NCBI GenBank assembly: GCA_964430885.1
Contig: CAYSHM010000001.1
Coordinates: 96,001-160,000 of the forward strand
Origin: an uncultured archaeon
Lineage (GTDB): Archaea; Thermoplasmatota; Penumbrarchaeia; JASLWR01
Reading direction: 5' to 3'
DNA: 64,000 bases
Shown here: positions 58,625 to 64,000 of the stretch, piece after piece
Layout of the letters: each line of letters begins with the position of its first letter
Position numbering within the stretch: the first letter of the stretch is position 1
Position numbers and translations under genes: made by a program
Notes under the pieces: generated by a model
Database searches by the model: none
What the model was told of the DNA's origin: nothing
What the model saw: the letters and a program-made list of their open reading frames with translations, nothing else

Positions 58625-58719
58625 GGAAAAAGATGCAGGTGTCCACTACATTTCGGCCAATCAAAGATTGCCCTACTCCTACCCTGTTTCCTCCGTTTAG
58701 TCGGAAAAAGATGCAGGTG
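58625..58719. repeat. 17-bp direct repeat GGAAAAAGATGCAGGTG (58625-58641 and 58703-58719) covering the tRNA-Gly 3' end
   Basis: Exact match by eye; on the minus strand it reads CACCTGCA (tRNA 3' end) plus TCTTTTTCC. Confidence 0.85.
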
Positions 58720-58784
58720 CCGGGATTTGAACCCGAGCAGAAGGCTTGGAAGGCCTTAATCCTACCAGACTAGATCACACCTGC
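58712..58784 (-). tRNA. tRNA-Gly(TCC)
   Basis: Minus strand: acceptor GCAGGTG/CACCTGC plus A; anticodon arm AAGGC-CTTCCAA-GCCTT; T-loop TTCAAAT. Confidence 0.94.
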
Positions 58785-58897
58785 ATAATTATTGGCACCA
58801 TAATATGCAGATTTTCTATATATATTTATAGTCCTAGCAATATTTTGTAACCAAATCAGTCAGGGGGTGCAGGTTTCCAAGGTCACCAAAATTACAT

Positions 58898-61800
58898 TTA
58901 TGTTCCCATATTCCATGAGAATTGGATATTATATAGTTCATCGCTGCTACCGCGTATGATCCTTCCACCTTTGAAGTATTTGTTGCCGAAATTGAATTGT
59001 GATCCAATAAAAGGAGATGAATCTGCGATATCGCTAATAGTACCGAACCAGTAATAAGGATATGGACCAATATTCCTGTAAATGTACTCATTATAGCGAT
59101 CAGCAATACTTTCTGGTATGCTGGACAATATTACAGGATTGATGTGGGTATCACCGATTTCTTGAAGTATATTATCAGTATTATTTATTAAATGTCTGAT
59201 ATACTGTTTGATGAATAAATCAGCCTCTTCATCATATGTATTGCTTAGATTTAATCCATAGGTCTTGTTGATGAAATTTTCCACGCCCTCTTGTATGTAT
59301 GTCAAGTTAACATATAGGCCAAGCAGGTCAGCATCCTTGAAATGCACTCTATGATTATTGTAGAGTTCTCCAAGAAAGTAATGTATATGTTCCTCACTCT
59401 GTTTCAGGAGAGTTTCATTTCTGCACTCATTGATGAAATGTATTTTGGAATTCTTTATAGCTTCCTGTAATTTCTCAGGGATTGTTGCGCTGGATAATAT
59501 CCCAATTTTCACCTTTGATTCAATTCCTAAATTTTCAATTGGAAAATGTTCTATTGTCATATCTTCAGAGGAGTATTCTCTTTTAATGGAATTGGTTTGA
59601 ATGGAAAAATTATATTTCCGCCCTTCTAGAATATTATTGTCTAAAGATATAGACCCATCATATTTATAACTGCCAGAATTCAGAGTACTCATGTCAAAGG
59701 ACAATGAAGTGGTTAAATTTGACCGGATTTTTCCCTTTACCTGAATATCGTCCTCCATGGACATCTCAAAAATCATGCCGGAACCACCTTTTTCACTGGA
59801 TATGTTTCCATTTATCATTCGGAATCTCACTTCATTTGGATAATATTCAGAAGAATACCCGTAATATTCGAATGAATATCGCACCATTTTTTCCTTCAAC
59901 ATCTGAGTATTATCAGAAATGTTCCCCATAAAGTCATTGTCATCATTAGCTTTTTCCAATAATCCTTCATTTTCATCAGACGGATCTATTAGATTATTCA
60001 TACAGTTTGTAAGATTTGCTATTATCTTCGACCTGACATCTCCTCCATTGTTTATGCATAAGGGTGAATAATAGTGAACTAATGTATTTGTATCTCTAAT
60101 CCAGTCCTGAATGTCATTGAAACCATGAATTGTATCGCTCCACTCTCTGGAAATGAAGAAGGGTTCCTCAGGTGTATCGTTCAAATGCTTATCGAAATAA
60201 TGTCTCGTCATTTTATATTTGATGTCATTGGATTTCCAGGCGGATTCCAAGTTCCAACCGGAATATACAACAATAGGGGTGTCAAGATCAAAATCCATTG
60301 AAAAATTATACCAAAAGTATTTGTGTCCGTAAATGGTTACTAACGAAGGTATGGAATTCCTGATTTTAAAGGAAACATTGCCGGATAGATTTAATTTCCA
60401 AGAGGTTGAAAAACATTCTTTGTACATACCATATTCAATATTCTGAACGTCAATCATGTGTCTTCCGAATTCAGGTTGGGATATCTTAATAATTAGGCTT
60501 TCCTTGTTATTTTCCAACACATCAGGTATCTGGTCAACCACGAATTTTTCAGAATGAATACTTCCATTTTTTTTCTCATCAGAGTAATTGCCATCCCACA
60601 TATTCCAAGGGCGGTGGTATGATGATACAGAGGCAATAGGCATATTGAAAAGATCGAGGTTTTCATTGATCTCTTTCAGTGTGATATCGGATATGATTTC
60701 CATAATCCATCCGTCATTTTTAGTCAATTTTTCCCAGAGGCCATCATCATCCAAATAAATCATTCCAAATCTTTCCTTTACAAATTCATAGAAATCACAC
60801 TGGAAATCATAGTTCTGACCTGTTGCCCCGTACTTTCCTTCATCTGTTGTAGTTTCAACATTATTCAAATTATCATATTTCACATCATCGAGAATTCCAT
60901 AATTGGTGGTTTTCGGCCAATTATCGGATCCCACTATGTTGCTTATTGCCGGGTAAATTCCGTCTTCACCGTCGTTGTTTGCAAGATTGGTCCTTTCGCT
61001 GTTTCCTATCTTGATAATATCCCAAATACCTTCAGGATAGGTTTCACCGGTTTCTTTCCAACCATCATCATAGGGCGTAAGATCCTCAAATGTTCCGGTT
61101 CCGTCAAAACATTCTCGGGGTATCTGGTTTTGATCCTGAAGCGGTACGGCTACAGTACCGCTTCCTGCATATACCCAACCATATAATATTCCTGCCTCTC
61201 CACACACACCTTTTGCAGACCATTGCCAGTGTTGGCTCCCCAAATCCTCCCAATTGTTGAAATTGAATTCAAAAGAATCGTCCCTGCTTTGTACTATCTG
61301 CATGACCCTATTGTAGCAGTCCCGGAGTGCATCGTTTCTATATTTGAAGCTCCCCGCCAATTCATTGCTTCCTCCATCATTTTCCTTTTGGCTGCTTTGA
61401 TACTGTAGGATGGGTAAGTCGGAGTTCAAAGCACCGTTAAAATTTGGCCAATGATCCGGCCCGTCATTTTCATCATAAATGGACGCCCCGTCTTCATCGA
61501 AATCCCTATAACCACCATCATAAATGTTCACAATAGTTTCATACCATAGATCCACACTCTCTCGGATAATGTCAAAAAGGAAATATTCACCCGTACTATC
61601 GGGATCATCAGTATGGTTTATGAATGCCCCTTCCTGAAACCAATTTTCCATTTCCTGTTCAGCAAAGTCTTCGATCCTAAGCAGCTCTTCGAATACATCG
61701 TCCCCTTCGGCACCAAACGCCCTATACGCCTGATGTTCAAGTAATCTCTTTTCATCTTCGGGATCTATCTGGAATATATTATCGATTACACCTATCTCAT

Positions 61801-63724
61801 TTTGAATATCGAAAGATGCATAATCCATCATTCCTTTTGCATCAGTATTATTAATGTCGTGGGATTGCTGCTTGATGGAACGGTTAAGTGCGTCTATTAT
61901 GAAACGAAAAGTGCTGTAGTAGGGCTCTTCATCATCCTGGTAATCCCCGTGTTTTTCAATAAGGCTTTCTTTTACCATATAATACTCATAGGTTCTTTCA
62001 CCTACTCCGCTGTTCCAGTCATCCCGGCATACCATCTTGTAGGTATAGGGTCTTTGGTCATCGCCGCCATTCACACCCGGATCTTCTCCCAGCATCAGAT
62101 ACCTGATGTCAGTAGTATCGTTGGGATCGGATTCCTCATCTCTGATATAGGATTTCACATACCAGCGGTGATTTGTGGAGGTGCTGTCAGCCGCATCACC
62201 GAATAGATAATAACGGCCATCAACGTGGTAAGCATCATTTCCTGATAGGTAATAATTGGGACTTCCGTAACCGGGTGGAGGTGTGGGAACATTGCACAGA
62301 TCGGCTCCTGAAGGCTGGCCAACACCCTCGCCGGCTTGTGCAGGATGCCTATATCTGGCATATATGTCCTTGATTAATGGATTCTCTTCTTCCTGGGTTC
62401 GGATGGATATGATATTCCCATTCTCATCAGAAGTGTCAGTCGCCCCCAGCCATTTTCCAATGACCCCCAACCACTGCCAGATACGGTCACGGCACCATTC
62501 TTCAGTATTATCCTTTTCTTCAATATCTTTCCAACTAATAATTGGTTCCTCCAATACTGGGTCGAAATAAGTATCTCCATCCCAACCGCCGTATTCTCCC
62601 CATTCTGAACCCCAGATTAAGTCCAGTAATTCCCAAATGAACCTATCGCTGAATGAATATGCTGATTGTGCTGCAATCTTTCCTGCATCTATGCTCTCAT
62701 TTTCGAAATCATTGAAAACAGAAATGAGGTCTGCAGGATCAATGGAACCGTTATGAACATACCTTTCCATGAGCCTATCAATGTTGGAGTATTCGTTGGA
62801 ACTATCTCTCTGCAGACTTGCGCTTATTTCATCATAATCCCGGAAATATCTTGTCTGAAACAGCAGTAACGCCAGATTAACGGCCGTCTCAACGTCCTCT
62901 ACCTTGATGATATCGGAAATTCCTCTATTCTCCATTCTTCCTCCGTATCCCCCCCCTCCAAATCCGCAAAGCACACGATACTGTGCCAAGGTTGTGGTCA
63001 TGTATTTTACCATTCTTCCCATGGAGCTCAGTTCCCCATGCCCGTCACATTGAAAAGAAGCTGCTAAATTATTAAGCAGGGGTATGGGAGAATAAACGAT
63101 TTTGTTAAAAGTCCTGGTTTGATTGAACATTTTCAATTCATCGTTATTTTGGATGTTGAAACAAGCCAATCCCGTAATTCTCAGGTATGATGCTCTATAG
63201 GATAGGTCTAGAAGAGGTGCATTATAAGTGTTAAGTTCATTCATGGAAGTATTGTCAATAATGTTTTTTGGTCCTGGGACGGTAATATTGGCAGTTTGCA
63301 GAAAATCTTTCATTTTCATTTGTTCAACAAAAATCCTTACATCCCAATCGATCACATTTATATCGTATATCCCCCGGCTCACCGGATAGTTTTGCTTCAC
63401 AAAAACCTCCATTTTTGATCTGACCAATTCATCAATTTGTTCCAGATTTTTTGTGTCTTCAGATAGAGGAACATCCATCCTTTCACTGAGCACTTCATGC
63501 AATATGTAATAGGCCTTTGTTTCAAGTATCGACGATTCAGTTTCCAATATCCCCAATGTATCGAAAATACTTTCTTTGGCATTATCAATCGCCATTTTTG
63601 AATCATGTTCTATAAGAACGGAAATACTGGCCACGCTAAGCATTAAAATAACGACCCCTACCAAAGCAAAAGGGACCCTTCCCTTCCTATTTTCTTCTAA
63701 ACGCGACCTCAATTGACACACCAT
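58898..63724 (-). CDS. Very large protein with pilin-like N-terminus (resembles archaeal 'GRVPFA' family)
   Basis: RKG|RVPFALVGVVILMLS leader; TTLAQYRVLCG and DVETAVNLALLL motifs; acidic, Trp/Asp-rich body; no C-terminal anchor. Confidence 0.7.
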   Translation of the reverse strand: MVCQLRSRLEENRKGRVPFALVGVVILMLSVASISVLIEHDSKMAIDNAKESIFDTLGILETESSILETKAYYILHEVLSERMDVPLSEDTKNLEQIDELVRSKMEVFVKQNYPVSRGIYDINVIDWDVRIFVEQMKMKDFLQTANITVPGPKNIIDNTSMNELNTYNAPLLDLSYRASYLRITGLACFNIQNNDELKMFNQTRTFNKIVYSPIPLLNNLAASFQCDGHGELSSMGRMVKYMTTTLAQYRVLCGFGGGGYGGRMENRGISDIIKVEDVETAVNLALLLFQTRYFRDYDEISASLQRDSSNEYSNIDRLMERYVHNGSIDPADLISVFNDFENESIDAGKIAAQSAYSFSDRFIWELLDLIWGSEWGEYGGWDGDTYFDPVLEEPIISWKDIEEKDNTEEWCRDRIWQWLGVIGKWLGATDTSDENGNIISIRTQEEENPLIKDIYARYRHPAQAGEGVGQPSGADLCNVPTPPPGYGSPNYYLSGNDAYHVDGRYYLFGDAADSTSTNHRWYVKSYIRDEESDPNDTTDIRYLMLGEDPGVNGGDDQRPYTYKMVCRDDWNSGVGERTYEYYMVKESLIEKHGDYQDDEEPYYSTFRFIIDALNRSIKQQSHDINNTDAKGMMDYASFDIQNEIGVIDNIFQIDPEDEKRLLEHQAYRAFGAEGDDVFEELLRIEDFAEQEMENWFQEGAFINHTDDPDSTGEYFLFDIIRESVDLWYETIVNIYDGGYRDFDEDGASIYDENDGPDHWPNFNGALNSDLPILQYQSSQKENDGGSNELAGSFKYRNDALRDCYNRVMQIVQSRDDSFEFNFNNWEDLGSQHWQWSAKGVCGEAGILYGWVYAGSGTVAVPLQDQNQIPRECFDGTGTFEDLTPYDDGWKETGETYPEGIWDIIKIGNSERTNLANNDGEDGIYPAISNIVGSDNWPKTTNYGILDDVKYDNLNNVETTTDEGKYGATGQNYDFQCDFYEFVKERFGMIYLDDDGLWEKLTKNDGWIMEIISDITLKEINENLDLFNMPIASVSSYHRPWNMWDGNYSDEKKNGSIHSEKFVVDQIPDVLENNKESLIIKISQPEFGRHMIDVQNIEYGMYKECFSTSWKLNLSGNVSFKIRNSIPSLVTIYGHKYFWYNFSMDFDLDTPIVVYSGWNLESAWKSNDIKYKMTRHYFDKHLNDTPEEPFFISREWSDTIHGFNDIQDWIRDTNTLVHYYSPLCINNGGDVRSKIIANLTNCMNNLIDPSDENEGLLEKANDDNDFMGNISDNTQMLKEKMVRYSFEYYGYSSEYYPNEVRFRMINGNISSEKGGSGMIFEMSMEDDIQVKGKIRSNLTTSLSFDMSTLNSGSYKYDGSISLDNNILEGRKYNFSIQTNSIKREYSSEDMTIEHFPIENLGIESKVKIGILSSATIPEKLQEAIKNSKIHFINECRNETLLKQSEEHIHYFLGELYNNHRVHFKDADLLGLYVNLTYIQEGVENFINKTYGLNLSNTYDEEADLFIKQYIRHLINNTDNILQEIGDTHINPVILSSIPESIADRYNEYIYRNIGPYPYYWFGTISDIADSSPFIGSQFNFGNKYFKGGRIIRGSSDELYNIQFSWNMGT

Positions 63725-64000
63725 TTCCTGTAATAATGGATTTTTTTCCGTTTCAACAATAAATCAAGCAGTTTGGATATTGATATTTTCTTTTTATATA
63801 GTTTTAAGGTAAACATTCCCATATAAATAATTTTTACTTTTACTCAACTCCTTCTCCCACTCGAGTTCATATATATTGACATATCATATAGAATTGTTTG
63901 ATTGATTGACCCTGCAAGGAATGATGTATATGGCGAGAAAAGTATGTTACGGCAATCCCTTTGATTCAGTTGATGCATATTCTTATTGGAATGAGAAGAT

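Noticed and set aside
58489-59106. 94-aa and 90-aa ORFs around tRNA-Gly
   Set aside because: They overlap the tRNA or the end of the 1608-aa gene; the repeated KKMQV just reflects the 17-bp DNA repeat.
63921-64000. Possible plus-strand gene start MMYMARKVCYGNPF...
   Set aside because: Only 26 codons are visible before the window edge, which is too little to support.
1-64000. CRISPR array, rRNA or reverse transcriptase/DGR
   Set aside because: No regularly spaced repeats, rRNA-like sequence or RT motifs seen; the repeats are protein-domain repeats diverged at DNA level.

Overview
Archaeal chromosomal segment, most likely from an uncultured Thermoplasmatota. Evidence: archaeal Pth2, DUF99, Top6A, Nob1 and ValRS, a BHB-intron tRNA-Met, GGTGA/GGAGGTGA ribosome-binding sites and PGF-CTERM sorting signals. 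It holds five tRNAs (Met-CAT with intron, His-GTG, Arg-CCT, Arg-GCG, Gly-TCC), housekeeping genes (pth2, top6A, nob1, pepD, valS, USP) and a MoxR/DUF58/DUF4350 operon. Much of the window encodes large surface proteins: vWA/Ig adhesins, NEW3/CARDB arrays, PKD and FG-GAP propeller proteins, a C25 peptidase and pilin-like proteins. Main observations: (1) a ~6.9 kb GC-richer segment with no integrase has replaced the middle of a metallophosphoesterase gene, and both gene ends plus truncated donor genes survive at the junctions; (2) a queuosine-salvage (QNG1/DUF2419) gene sits between two tRNAs in an archaeon, next to a duplicated tRNA-Gly 3' end; (3) a HEAT-repeat protein is fused to a longin/roadblock-like domain; (4) two adhesins have a vWA domain inserted inside an Ig-like repeat. 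All family calls come from motif recognition by eye; no searches were run.
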